Below, one piece after another: positions 18,670 through 28,603 of a stretch of DNA of 64,000 bases. The stretch is from an uncultured delta proteobacterium. GTDB lineage: Bacteria; Desulfobacterota; Binatia; HRBIN30; BPIQ01. The stretch covers positions 480,001 to 544,000 of the forward strand of contig CAVXGR010000012.1 in NCBI GenBank assembly GCA_963761335.1, written 5' to 3'. The number at the start of each line of letters is the position of its first letter. The first letter of the stretch is position 1. Under the pieces are notes generated by a model that had not been told where the DNA came from, did no database searches, and was given only the letters and a program-made list of their open reading frames with translations. Position numbers and translations under genes: made by a program.

Positions 18670-19698
18670 GTGACGGCAGGCGAATACTTCGAGGCCGTGC
18701 AGGCAGCCTATGCGGACGCCGAGCGGCGCGCCGGCGGGCCGGTGGAGCGCGTGTTTCGCGTCGCCGGGCATCCGCTCCGCCTGCGCTTCGCCGGGCCCGC
18801 CATGGTTTCGGACGCCACCGCCGCCTTCGACCATCTGCCGTCGTCCGGCGAGCGTGCCGAATTCTCCGTGTGTCTGTTCGATAGCGCCTCGACCGGAAGC
18901 GAGCTGCCGCCAATGCCGCGCTCGAGCGGGCCGCACGACGTGCGCGGCGATATTCCCGAGCTGTGCGACGAACGGTTTATCGTCAGCTACTTGCGTTGGA
19001 ACGGGGTGCTCGGCTTGCTCGACCGAAGCCGACGGCGGGCGCTCTTCTGGATTCGTGCCGCGAGCGATTTCCCGTTCAATGAACGCGGCTCGCCACTGCT
19101 GATGAGCCTCCAGGGCTGGCTGGCCGGCCACGATCTGCAGTTGATGCACGCCGGTGCCGTCGGCGGCGCCAACGGGGGCGTGCTGCTCTGCGGCCGTGGC
19201 GGTGCGGGGAAGTCGACCACCGCGATCGCCTGTCTCGTCGCCGGACTCTCGTATGTGGCGGACGACTACTGCGTGCTCGCCGCGCGGCCGCGGCCGGTGG
19301 CCCACAGCCTGTACAACTCCGGCAAGCTGCACTGCGCCGGACTGCACCGGTTCCCGGAGCTGTCCATCGGCGCGGCGTCTCGCGGCGGCGACGACAAGGC
19401 GCTCTTCTTCCTTCACGCACTCTACCCGGAGCGCATGGCCACCAGCGTGCCGATCCGGGCGCTGGTGCTTCCCGTCATCCACGACGGGGCCGACTGCACG
19501 CTCGAGCCCGTGCCGCGCGTCGAGGCGTTGCGCGCCATGGTGAGCAGCACCATCGCCCAGATTCCCGGCGCCAACGGGGGGGTGCTGACCGCCGGCGCGG
19601 CGTTCGTGCGGCAGCTACCCTGCTACCAACTGCGGATCGGCTCCGACCCGACGCGCATCGCCGCGCGCATTGAGGGCCTGCTGCGCGGGGGCATATGA
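18670..19698 (+). CDS. HPr kinase-like P-loop kinase
   Basis: LMHAGAV...GVLLCGRGGAGKSTT...LSYVADD. Confidence 0.85.
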   Translation: MTAGEYFEAVQAAYADAERRAGGPVERVFRVAGHPLRLRFAGPAMVSDATAAFDHLPSSGERAEFSVCLFDSASTGSELPPMPRSSGPHDVRGDIPELCDERFIVSYLRWNGVLGLLDRSRRRALFWIRAASDFPFNERGSPLLMSLQGWLAGHDLQLMHAGAVGGANGGVLLCGRGGAGKSTTAIACLVAGLSYVADDYCVLAARPRPVAHSLYNSGKLHCAGLHRFPELSIGAASRGGDDKALFFLHALYPERMATSVPIRALVLPVIHDGADCTLEPVPRVEALRAMVSSTIAQIPGANGGVLTAGAAFVRQLPCYQLRIGSDPTRIAARIEGLLRGGI

Positions 19699-20813
19699 AG
19701 ATCCTCATGGCCACCGAGCGGTTCCTCCCCGAGGTCGGCGGCGTCGAGGTGTTCACCGCTCGACTCGCGTCGGCGCTGAAGGAACGCGGCCACGAAATCG
19801 CTGTCGTCACCTCGCGCAGCGGACTCACCGAATGCGAGGAGGACCGCCAGGGAGCTGTGCCGGTGTACCGCCTGCCGTTCGAGGCCAGCCTGCGCGCGCG
19901 CGACTACAGACGCGTCATCGCCCTGCGCCGGCGACTCGCCGCGCTCAAGGAGAACCTGCGTCCGGACGTCGTGCACCTCAACACGTCGGGGGCGAGCCTG
20001 CTGTTCCATCTGCTCACTCGCCGAACCGCGCCTGCTCCCCTCGTCCTCACCGTCCACTGGCTGCCCAATTCGGAGAGCGTGGCCGTGGTCTGCGCCCAGG
20101 CGCTCGCCGCGGCCGACTGGATCGTGGGGGTAACGCGTGGATGCCTGGACGAGGCCCTGCTGCTCAATCCGACCATCGCCAACCGCTCATCTGTCGTCTA
20201 CAACAGTCTGCCGCCCATCACTCTCTCGCCCACACCGCTTCGCTTCGATCCGCCGAAGCTGCTCTGTCTCGGCCGGCTCGAGGCGCAGAAGGGTTTTGAC
20301 GTCGCGCTACACGCCCTGGCCGAGGTGTGCCGGCACTTCCCGACGGCGCGGCTCACGGTCGCCGGCGATGGCACCCAGCGTCCGGCCCTCGAAAGCCTTG
20401 CCATCGAGCTCGGCCTGACGGCCGCCGTCCGCTTCATGGGTTGGGTCGCGCCCGACGACGTCCCTCAGCTGATCAACGAGCACACCGTGGTCGTGATGCC
20501 ATCGCGTTACGAGCCTTTTGGTCTGGTGGCGCTGCAGGCGGCGCAGATGTGCCGGCCGCTGGTGGCATCGCGCATCGCGGGACTGTCGGAAGTCGTCCGC
20601 GACGGCGATACCGGCCTGCTCTGCGACGCCAACGACCCCGACGCATTCGCCGCCGCGATCAACGTCCTGCTTCGGCAACCAGCCGCCGCCGCGCACATGG
20701 GCCAGCGGTCACGCAACTACGTCGAGACGGCCTTCCGCTGGGACCAGCAGGTGAGCGCCTATGAGACCCTCTTCCGCAGGGTCCACGCCCAAGCCAGCGG
20801 TCCGTACGCCTGA
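19695..20813 (+). CDS. Family 4 glycosyltransferase
   Basis: GGVE, GRLEAQKG, PSRYEPFGLVALQA, GLSEVVRDGDTG. Confidence 0.92.
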   Translation: MKILMATERFLPEVGGVEVFTARLASALKERGHEIAVVTSRSGLTECEEDRQGAVPVYRLPFEASLRARDYRRVIALRRRLAALKENLRPDVVHLNTSGASLLFHLLTRRTAPAPLVLTVHWLPNSESVAVVCAQALAAADWIVGVTRGCLDEALLLNPTIANRSSVVYNSLPPITLSPTPLRFDPPKLLCLGRLEAQKGFDVALHALAEVCRHFPTARLTVAGDGTQRPALESLAIELGLTAAVRFMGWVAPDDVPQLINEHTVVVMPSRYEPFGLVALQAAQMCRPLVASRIAGLSEVVRDGDTGLLCDANDPDAFAAAINVLLRQPAAAAHMGQRSRNYVETAFRWDQQVSAYETLFRRVHAQASGPYA

Positions 20814-20987
20814 GCGCCTCTGGCCAGGAAGCGCACGATGAAGACCTGGCGCTGGTGAGCAACGAGCGCCTCTCGGACGCGCACGGAGTGCGCCGGATCT
20901 GGCGATGGCGATAGCGCAATAGACCCCTTCTCCGTGCAGGTCCGGTATACCCGCGCGCCACTGGTCTTCCCACCCTGCTAAATGGCC

Positions 20988-21414
20988 GGGCGCCGCGTGC
21001 ACGCGCGCACGGCGCTCGCGCAGCAGCGTCTCGTACGCCACTTCCTGCGTCAGTGGGTGCTTGAATGTGTACTCGGCCACTGGGTAGAGCGCCTGCTCGT
21101 AGACGAACTCGGCCTGTGCCAGGGTGCGCAGCGCGGCGGGCACGTCGGTCGCGGCCGCGTCTCGCGGCGCGACGTCGGCGAGCACCTGCGTCAGCACCGG
21201 CTCGCTGAGCTCCTTGCCGATCACCGCAGCGGTCTGCAGCACCTGCTTCTCGCGCTCTGCCAATCGATCGATGCGTGCCGCCAACACGGCGTGCACGCTG
21301 GCGGGGACGTCGAGCGTCTTCGAGCTCGAACTGCCGGCGCAGCACGCGCAGCGACACGCGGCCGTTCTCCTGCAGGTGGTTCCGCGCTTCGCTGATGATC
21401 TCGAGCAGCCTCAT
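20988..21414 (-). pseudogene. Chimeric remnant of cyclase/ATPase/TPR paralog
   Basis: MRLLEIISEARNHLQENGRVSLRVLRRQFELED joined out of frame to VPASVHAVLAARIDRL...YTFKHPLTQEVAY, then truncated. Confidence 0.75.
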
Positions 21415-24400
21415 GACGTCGATTCCGACAACAGGAGGGAAATGCGTTGCGCCTGCAACGGCGCGCCGATCTGTTCGTAAAGTTGATGAGATTCGCGCAG
21501 CAACTGCACGCGCGTCGCGTCATCGCCGAGGAGGGCTGCCAGCTCGGCGCGCCACTCGCAGAGCGCGGGCGCGAGTGTCTTCGCTCCCGTGCGTTCGATC
21601 AGTGCGGCTGCGCTGGCAAGGGCAGCTTCCGCGGCATCGCGGGCCGCCGCTCCGTCGCGGCGGAGGAGGGCGCGCGCCATGATGCCGTGGGCCTCGGCTT
21701 CGGCGTGGCCACCCAGCGAGCGTCGGCAGAGCGCGATCGCCTCCTCGGCCGCCGCCAGCGCGGCCGACAGATCACCGGCTTGCAGCAGGGCCCAGGCCAA
21801 AAGCATCGCGGAATCGCCCGCAGCGTGCTTTTCCACACGCCCGCAGATCTCCAGGGCGGCACGCGCCGGCGCGATGGCGTCGGCCGCCCGCCCCGCCGCG
21901 AGGTGTGCGCGGGCGAAGGCAAACTGCGCGTACCCGGCCAGCGACAACGGCTCCCCCAGCTTGCGGCCGATCTCTTCGAGCTGCCGCGCGCTGGTGAGTG
22001 CCCGGTCTGCGTCATGAGCGTTGTGGTAGGCCGCGGCCGCCACGACCATGGCGTACCCGATCAACTCCGGTGTGCCGTCCTCCTCGAGCAGACGGCGGGT
22101 GCGTGCGAGCGCTTCGAGCCCCTCCGGCAAGCGGCCCACCCACGTGAGGCAATAGCTGCGCCAGAACGAGAGCAGGGAATAGGGATTGAAGCCAATGATC
22201 CATTCCCCGGAAGGAATGTGGCGCGGAAAGCGAGCAAGCGCTTCCTCCGCCATCTGGAGTGCCTCGGGGAATCGTGCGGCAAAGCTGAGCGCGTCGACGA
22301 GGTAGACACAGGCATTGGCCTGCATCCCAACGTCATCGATCTCGAGTGCCACGCGCCGGTTCTCGATTGCCACCTCGAGATACTCCGCCACGTCGCCGTC
22401 GCCACAGCGCGCGCGGCCATAGACCATCGACAGGCTCAGATGGGCGCGGCGATCGCCAATCGCGTTGGCGAGGGTCTGCCCTTCCTCCAAGAGGGCCTTC
22501 GCCTCGTCGAGCCCCGTGCCGACCCGCCAGCTCCCGTTCAGCAGCTGCATACAGGCAACGATGCCGAGGGCGGCTGCCTCGTGGTCGTCCGGTAGCTGAC
22601 GCAAGAGCTTGCGCACTTGGCCCCAGTGGTGAGTTGCGGCGGCAAAGTCGGTGCGCCCCACCCACTCGGCCGCGCGCCGGTGCCAGCGCGCCCCGCTGAG
22701 CGCCTCGCCGGCCTCCTCCCAGTGGTGCGCCAGCAGCGCCGCGCGTTCGTCGAGATGGTCAGGGTCGTGCAGCTCGATCGCCCGCGCCACGGCGGCGTGC
22801 ACCTGACGGCGACGCTCCTTGAGCTGGCTGCCGAGCGCCACTTCCTGGGTGAGCGGATGCTTGAAGGCGTACTCAACGACCGGATAGATCGCCTGCTCGT
22901 GGATGAACTCGGCACGGCGCAGAGCCGCGAGTGCGGCCTTCAGCTCTTCGGTGGGTAGCTCCGCCACTGCCGCCAGCAACGGCTCGGGGAAGTCCTTGCC
23001 GATCACCGACGCCACTTGCAGCAGCCGCTTCTCGCGCTCCGGCAGCCGGTCGATGCGCGCCGCCAGTACCGCCTGCACGGTGGCCGGCACCGTGAGCTCC
23101 TCGATCGGCGTCACCAGGCGATACGCACCGCGTTCGCCTTCGAGATGCCCCGACTCGATGAGTGTCTGCGCTACCTCCTCGGTGAAGAACGGGTTGCCGC
23201 CGGTACGCGCGTGGATCGGCGCCGTCAGGGCGGCCAGGCTCGGGTCGGTGCCGAGCAGATCCACCAGCAACTCGCCGATCGCGTCGCGCCCGAGCGGCGT
23301 CAGCGGGATCTGCCGGTACCACGACTTCTGCATCCAGTCGGCGCGGTGCTCGGGGCGGAAGTTGAGCAGCAGGAGATTGCGGCTGCCGGCGCGCGCGTCG
23401 ACCATGTGCTCGAGGAACTCGCCGCTCGCATCGTCGAGCCAGTGCAGGTCCTCGACCATCGTCACCGTCGGCTGCTCCTCGCTGACGCTCTGGATCACCT
23501 GACGCATCACGGCGATGATCTGGCGCTGGCGCGCCTCGGGGTCGAGCCGCGGCGCCGGGCGCTGCGAATCGGCGACGCCGAGGAAATCGAAGAGCAGCGG
23601 CAGCGCGTCGGCAAAGCTGTTGTCGAGCAGCACCATGCGCCCGGCGATCTTCTCGCGCGCGCTGCGATCGTCGTCCTCGAGCGTGATGCCGTAGTAGGCG
23701 CGGAACACCTCGAGGATGGGTAGGAAGGGGATGTTGCGGCCGTGGGCGACGGCGCGGCCCTCGTAGACGTGCATGCCGCGGGCGCGGCAGCGCTCGAGGA
23801 ACTCGAAGCACAGGCGACTCTTGCCGGTGCCGGCATCGGCCACGATCCCCACCACCTGGCCGTTGCCCGCCGCAGTCTGCTCGAGCGCATCCTCGAGCGT
23901 GCGCAGATCGGCGGCGCGCCCGACGAAGCGCGAGAGGCCGCGGGCGCGTGAGATGTCGAAGCGCGAACGCGCGGCGCCGATGCCGACGAGGCGGTGGACG
24001 CGCACCGGCTCCGCGACGCCCTTGACGCGAAAGTCGCCCAGATCCTCCAGCGCGAAGTAGCCGCCGGCGAGCGCCGCCGTCGCCGCCGTAAGGTAACACG
24101 AGTCCGGCGAGGCGAGCGCTTCCATCCGCTGTGCCAGACCCACCGTGTGGCCCTGCGCCGTGTAGTCCATGCGCAGGTCATCGCCGATCTTGCCGACCAC
24201 GACCGCGCCCGAGTTGATGCCCATGCGGGTCGAGAAGCCGACGCCGTGCTCGCGCTTCACCTCGGTGGCGTAGCGGGCGATCTCGTCGCGCAGATGCAGC
24301 GCCGCGTAGCAGGCGCGCTGGGCGTGATCCTCGTGGGCGATCGGCGCGCCGAAGAGCGCCATGATCCCGTCGCCGGTGTACTGGTTCAGGGTGCCCTCGA

Positions 24401-24839
24401 AGCGGTGCACGCCTTCGGTGAGGATCTGAAAGAAGCGGTCGAGGATCGTGTGCCACGCTTCCGGGTCGAGCTGTTCAGCGAGTTCCATCGACCCTTTCAC
24501 GTCGGCGAACAGAACGGTGACCTGCTTGCGCTCGCCTTCGAGAGCGGACTTCGATTGCAGGATTTTGTCGGCGAGGTGTTTGGGGGTGTAGGCGCGAGGA
24601 CTGCTGCCAAGTCGAGAGTCGACAGTCGAGAGTCGAGAGTTTTCGACCTTCCCATTTTTGACTGTAGACTGTTGACTGTCGACTAGATTCACGCCGCACT
24701 CGCCGCAGAACTTCGCACCGGAGGGCAGGTTGCTACCGCAGCTCTCGCAGCGCCGGGCGATGGGCGTTCCGCACTCGAGGCAGAACTTCACCCGCTCGGG
24801 GTTGACGTTGCCGCAACTTGCGCAGTTCATGGGAGTCAC
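21411..24839 (-). CDS. Double zinc ribbon - class III adenylate/guanylate cyclase - ATPase - TPR protein (intact)
   Basis: Four CxxC; ERKQVTVLFADVKGS; TGDG; Walker A ADAGTGKSRL; EDLHWLD; GGNPFF; helical-repeat C-terminus. Confidence 0.92.
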   Translation of the reverse strand: MTPMNCASCGNVNPERVKFCLECGTPIARRCESCGSNLPSGAKFCGECGVNLVDSQQSTVKNGKVENSRLSTVDSRLGSSPRAYTPKHLADKILQSKSALEGERKQVTVLFADVKGSMELAEQLDPEAWHTILDRFFQILTEGVHRFEGTLNQYTGDGIMALFGAPIAHEDHAQRACYAALHLRDEIARYATEVKREHGVGFSTRMGINSGAVVVGKIGDDLRMDYTAQGHTVGLAQRMEALASPDSCYLTAATAALAGGYFALEDLGDFRVKGVAEPVRVHRLVGIGAARSRFDISRARGLSRFVGRAADLRTLEDALEQTAAGNGQVVGIVADAGTGKSRLCFEFLERCRARGMHVYEGRAVAHGRNIPFLPILEVFRAYYGITLEDDDRSAREKIAGRMVLLDNSFADALPLLFDFLGVADSQRPAPRLDPEARQRQIIAVMRQVIQSVSEEQPTVTMVEDLHWLDDASGEFLEHMVDARAGSRNLLLLNFRPEHRADWMQKSWYRQIPLTPLGRDAIGELLVDLLGTDPSLAALTAPIHARTGGNPFFTEEVAQTLIESGHLEGERGAYRLVTPIEELTVPATVQAVLAARIDRLPEREKRLLQVASVIGKDFPEPLLAAVAELPTEELKAALAALRRAEFIHEQAIYPVVEYAFKHPLTQEVALGSQLKERRRQVHAAVARAIELHDPDHLDERAALLAHHWEEAGEALSGARWHRRAAEWVGRTDFAAATHHWGQVRKLLRQLPDDHEAAALGIVACMQLLNGSWRVGTGLDEAKALLEEGQTLANAIGDRRAHLSLSMVYGRARCGDGDVAEYLEVAIENRRVALEIDDVGMQANACVYLVDALSFAARFPEALQMAEEALARFPRHIPSGEWIIGFNPYSLLSFWRSYCLTWVGRLPEGLEALARTRRLLEEDGTPELIGYAMVVAAAAYHNAHDADRALTSARQLEEIGRKLGEPLSLAGYAQFAFARAHLAAGRAADAIAPARAALEICGRVEKHAAGDSAMLLAWALLQAGDLSAALAAAEEAIALCRRSLGGHAEAEAHGIMARALLRRDGAAARDAAEAALASAAALIERTGAKTLAPALCEWRAELAALLGDDATRVQLLRESHQLYEQIGAPLQAQRISLLLSESTS
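24611..24685. repeat. Heptamer-repeat hairpin within coding linker
   Basis: gtcgaga/gtcgaca units facing tgactgt/agactgt/cgact units; encodes VDSQQSTV...SRLSTVDSRL. Confidence 0.75.
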
Positions 24840-25042
24840 TCGAGCCCGGCCTGTCGCAGGGCGGCGTTTCGGCGCGCGTCGATCTCGGGGCGCGAGACCC
24901 CGATGCCGCGCTGAAACAGCTCCAGCGACACACGCGGCTCGACGCGGCGCGCTTCGCTGGCGGCTCCTGGCTTGATCCCGAGCCGATCACAGAGGCTCTT
25001 GGGGATGGTGACCTGACCTTTCTCCGAGACGATCGCCTTCAT
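24836..25042 (-). pseudogene. AbrB/MazE antitoxin N-terminus fused to an unrelated C-terminal fragment
   Basis: MKAIVSEKGQVTIPKSLCDRLGIKPG followed by ...RRNAALRQAGLE, which resembles the tail of TPR-type cyclases. Confidence 0.65.
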
Positions 25043-25051
25043 ACTCGCGCT

Positions 25052-25078
25052 GTAGGAATTCCTTACTTCTCGAGTCAA
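25052..25078 (-). promoter_or_regulatory. Putative -35 box and palindromic operator of AbrB module
   Basis: TTGACT followed by quasi-palindrome GTAAGGAATTCCTAC just upstream of ATG 25042. Confidence 0.45.
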
Positions 25079-25159
25079 TTTCGGGGCCTCCCTGGTGGTG
25101 AGCTTGTGATGGCACCGCAAGACTGGGTGTGTCGCTGGACAGGCCCCCCGAAGCTCCAC

Positions 25160-25765
25160 TCACTCGACCGGGCACGGATCGAGGCGCAGGGAGACGGCGG
25201 TTTCCCTGGCCTCGCGGGGGTACAGACCGATTGCAGCGGCGCCCCGGGCCACCGCGTACTTCTCGACCTTGAGTGCGTGGATCGCCTTGACGGTCGCGCG
25301 GTCTTCGTAAAGCACCGGCACCACGCACCGGGTCTCCCCATTCCGGAGGAGCTGAAGGCGCGCTCCATCCAGAGAGTGCTCGACCGCCTTCGAACGCGCC
25401 ATCCCCACCCACTCACCGTCTTCGCGGTCGACGATCCAGAGGCGTAGCTCCGCCGGTTCGCCGGCGCTATCGGTGGCATAAAGCGACACCACTTCTTCGA
25501 GCTCGGCCATCGTGGCGTAAAGCCCGAAGAAGAGCACCACGGGGCTGGCCGCCAGTGCCAGCCAGCAGAGCCCGCGTGGCGTCGCGGGCCACACCAGCAC
25601 ACCGCCGAGCAGCAGCGCACCCAGGCCACCGAACAGGTTCGCGCCGCGGGGCATCGGGTAAGGGCCCTCGTGGTGGAAGCGAACTGCGAAAACGGCGACG
25701 CCGAGGGCAAGGAGCCCGCAGCCAACTATGGTTTGGACCTTGGAAGACGAGCGGGGTTCCATCAC
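25160..25765 (-). CDS. Membrane-anchored hypothetical protein
   Basis: Three hydrophobic segments followed by soluble domain (LRLWIVDREDGEWV...KVEKY); codon pattern fits genome. Confidence 0.65.
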   Translation of the reverse strand: MMEPRSSSKVQTIVGCGLLALGVAVFAVRFHHEGPYPMPRGANLFGGLGALLLGGVLVWPATPRGLCWLALAASPVVLFFGLYATMAELEEVVSLYATDSAGEPAELRLWIVDREDGEWVGMARSKAVEHSLDGARLQLLRNGETRCVVPVLYEDRATVKAIHALKVEKYAVARGAAAIGLYPREARETAVSLRLDPCPVE

Positions 25766-25911
25766 GGGGCTCCTCCAGAGAGACAGTTCATGGTGCCAGT
25801 GTCGTGTCCGATGATTGCGGGCGCAGCTCCCCGAAGCGCGCGAGGGCCTCGTCCAGCGCGTTCATCTCGAACAGCTCGATACGCGTGAGGCGTCCCTGCG
25901 CGACCAGGGCC

Positions 25912-26346
25912 TCATTCGATCACGATGGCGGTCAAACCGAGAGCGCCCGCTCCGCTCCGCTGATGCGTGTCGTGGGTGTGAACCTCGGTAAAGCCTTGCT
26001 GGAGGGCCGTCACCAGATGCAGACAATCAGCCGTGCGCAGGAAGACGTTCGCCGGCAACGTGGTCAAGGTCCGAACCACCTGTTCGATGATACGGCTGTC
26101 GAGAGGAACCCAGGTCCAGTAGCCGACTGCCTCGTCTGTCGAGAATTGGCTCACGACAGTCGCAAACTCATCTTGGCTCCACTTCCGCTCGCGCAATTGC
26201 CGGTGAAAGACGGCGACCAGCTCCGCTCTCGCGAGCTCCGAGAGCAGCACCTGATCTTCGGCGTCGAGGCGGGCACGGACAGCGTCGGATTCCGACTCCC
26301 GCGCGTAATACCTTGCGAGAGTCGACGTGTCGCAGAAGAGCATCGT
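25912..26346 (-). CDS. VapC-like PIN domain toxin
   Basis: FCDTSTLARYY..E, SELARAEL, LRTADCLHL, THD. Confidence 0.88.
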   Translation of the reverse strand, partial: TMLFCDTSTLARYYARESESDAVRARLDAEDQVLLSELARAELVAVFHRQLRERKWSQDEFATVVSQFSTDEAVGYWTWVPLDSRIIEQVVRTLTTLPANVFLRTADCLHLVTALQQGFTEVHTHDTHQRSGAGALGLTAIVIE

Positions 26347-26600
26347 CAGCGGTCGGAGCGTACGGCGTCGAGACTCTCCAGGATGTCCGACGCCTTCCGC
26401 TGCGTGAGAAAGGTGACGTACTCCGGCAGGAGCGTCCGCTGCCGCCGTCGGGTCGTCGGCAAGTTTGGCGGAACGAGTGCGGCGACCACCTTGCCGCGAT
26501 CGGTGACCGGCAGCGGGGTTCGTGCCCTCCCGGCCCGGCGAACGTATTCGCCGGTCCTGGCGTGCAGCTCTTTGATGGTGATCGAACCCTTTTTGGCCAT
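26346..26600 (-). CDS. Phd/YefM-family antitoxin
   Basis: ITIKELHARTGEYVRRA...VTDRGKVVAALVP; directly upstream of PIN gene. Confidence 0.85.
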   Translation of the reverse strand: MAKKGSITIKELHARTGEYVRRAGRARTPLPVTDRGKVVAALVPPNLPTTRRRQRTLLPEYVTFLTQRKASDILESLDAVRSDR

Positions 26601-26601
26601 G

Positions 26602-26616
26602 GTGTCACTGTGTCAC
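26602..26616 (-). promoter_or_regulatory. Direct repeat GTGACAC x2, possible TA operator
   Basis: gtgacacagtgacac abuts the antitoxin start codon. Confidence 0.4.
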
Positions 26617-26714
26617 TTCCAAAAGAGGTAGGCAAGCGGCTCCGGAGTCGAATGACACGCGGCCGTTCTCTTCGAGGTGGCGGCGCACCTCGCGGTCGAC
26701 GTCGAGGAGTTTCA

Positions 26715-28545
26715 TTACGGCAACTCCGCCAGCAACCCTGCCACGCGCTCGGCATGTCCCGTCGCGCCCATCTCCTCGAAGAGGTCCTGGGCTTCGATCA
26801 GCAACTTGCGGTGGCGGATCGAATCGGAGAGCAGGCCCGCTAGGCGCGCGCGTGCGATTACCTGCCGCGTTTCACGATTCTCGGTTGCGCACGATCGGCA
26901 ATTCACCGCCTCACGACTCGAGGTCCAGCACCAGCCGCTCCGCCGGGTCCGGGGCACCCATGGCGCGGTACATGGCCTCCCCGTTCCCGCCTGGCGCCCA
27001 CTGGCCAGGCAGTCGGTCAGGCGTTCTTCACAGGCCGCATACTCCCCGCTCAAGAGCGAGGCGAACGCGAGATTGCTGGACGCGGTGATCTGCGAGTAGC
27101 GGGTGCCGACGGCGGCGGCGATCTCGACCGCCTCGGCAGCGGCGCGTAGCAGGTCGGGAACTACCGCTCCGGATGTCCCGCGGCCGAAGTAGCCGACGAT
27201 GCTCGGCGTGCCGAGCACCCAGGCGAGGTTTTCCTGCATCGCGTGCTCGCGGGCCAGCCGGAGTGCGCGATCCATCCGCGGCCAGCACTCGTCGAAGCGG
27301 CCGGCCTGGGCGAGCGCGATGGCGGACACCTGCTCCGCCCAAACCAACGGGCTGAAGCTGACGATCTCGCGCCCGACCCGCGGATCGCCCTCGGTCCGGT
27401 CCACAATCCGATCCAACACCACGAGTGCGTCCCGAATTCGCCCGGCGACGAGACTCCAGTAGGCGGTCGTAACGTCGATCGCGAGGATCTCGCCGCGTCC
27501 CAACGTGTGGTCGACGAGACCGGCGCATTCCGTGGCGACATCGAGAGCTGCTTGGGCGCGTCCGAGCACGCCGTAGTGGCCGGCAACGCCGACGAGCAGA
27601 TTGGCGACGGCGGCGGGACGCCTCAGCTCCCGGGCCAGTGCGCGGCCCTCGTCGAGCGCCGCGCGCACATCCTCCTCGCTCATGCCGAGGCGCCAGCTAC
27701 CGCCGGCCAGGACGGCGCGGCAGGCGCGCAAGCACGCTTCCTTGCTGGGCTCATCGGGTAGCCCGCGACCCAGCTCGCGCACCTTGGGCAGCGGTGTGCG
27801 CCGTGAGGTACACCTTGCCCGGCTCGGCGATCTGTTCCATGCGCGCCGCGAGCCCGACGGTGTGTCCCTGCGCCGTATAGTCCATGCGCAAGTCATCGCC
27901 GATCTTGCCGACGATCACCTCGCCGGAGTTGATGCCCAGGCGCGCCGAGAAGCTGAGCCCACGGCGCAGGCGCAGCTCGTTGGCATAGCCGCGCAGGCCG
28001 TCCAGCAGGTGCAACGCCGCGTAGCAGGCGCGGCGCGCATGATCCTCGTGCGTGATGGGCGCACCAAACAGCGCCATGATGCCGTCGCCGGTGTATTGGT
28101 TCACCGTGCCTTCGAAGCGGTGCACGCCTTCGGTGAGGATCTGGAAGAAGCGGTCGAGGATCTGATGCCATTCTTCGGGATCCACTTGCTCCGCGAGCTC
28201 CATCGATCCCTTCACGTCGGCGAACAGGACGGTCACCTGCTTGCGCTCGCCTTCGAGGGCGGAGCGGCTCTGTAGGATCTTCTCCGCGAGATGGCGGGGC
28301 GTGTAGGAAAGGGGGTTGGAGGTTACGGGGTTGGGGGTTGGGGAAGATCCAGAATCCCCTAACCCCGAGCCCCCCAACCCCTTGACCCCTTGCAGTTGCG
28401 CGCCGCATTCGTCGCAGAACTTTTGACCGGCCGGATTTGTGGCGCCGCACGACGAGCAAACGGGCTCGCTCACCAGCGACGTCGCACAAGCGCCGCAGAA
28501 CTTGGCGCCCTCTCGATTCTCATGCCCGCATGCCGTACAACGCAT
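26715..28545 (-). pseudogene. Zinc ribbon-cyclase-TPR paralog with ATPase region deleted
   Basis: N-terminal part is highly similar to 21411-24839 up to YLTAHTAA, then jumps out of frame (~27790) to the TPR region, ending LFEEMGATGHAERV. Confidence 0.8.
28311..28389. repeat. G-rich/C-rich short-repeat hairpin in coding linker
   Basis: ggggttg-like units facing aacccc-like units; encodes GVKGLGGSGLG...PTPNPVTSNP before YTPRHLA. Confidence 0.7.
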
Positions 28546-28603
28546 CTTACTGCTCCCCCTTCCCCCCTAACAACATAGCAAACCCCCTTCGGTCATCGCA
28601 CCC

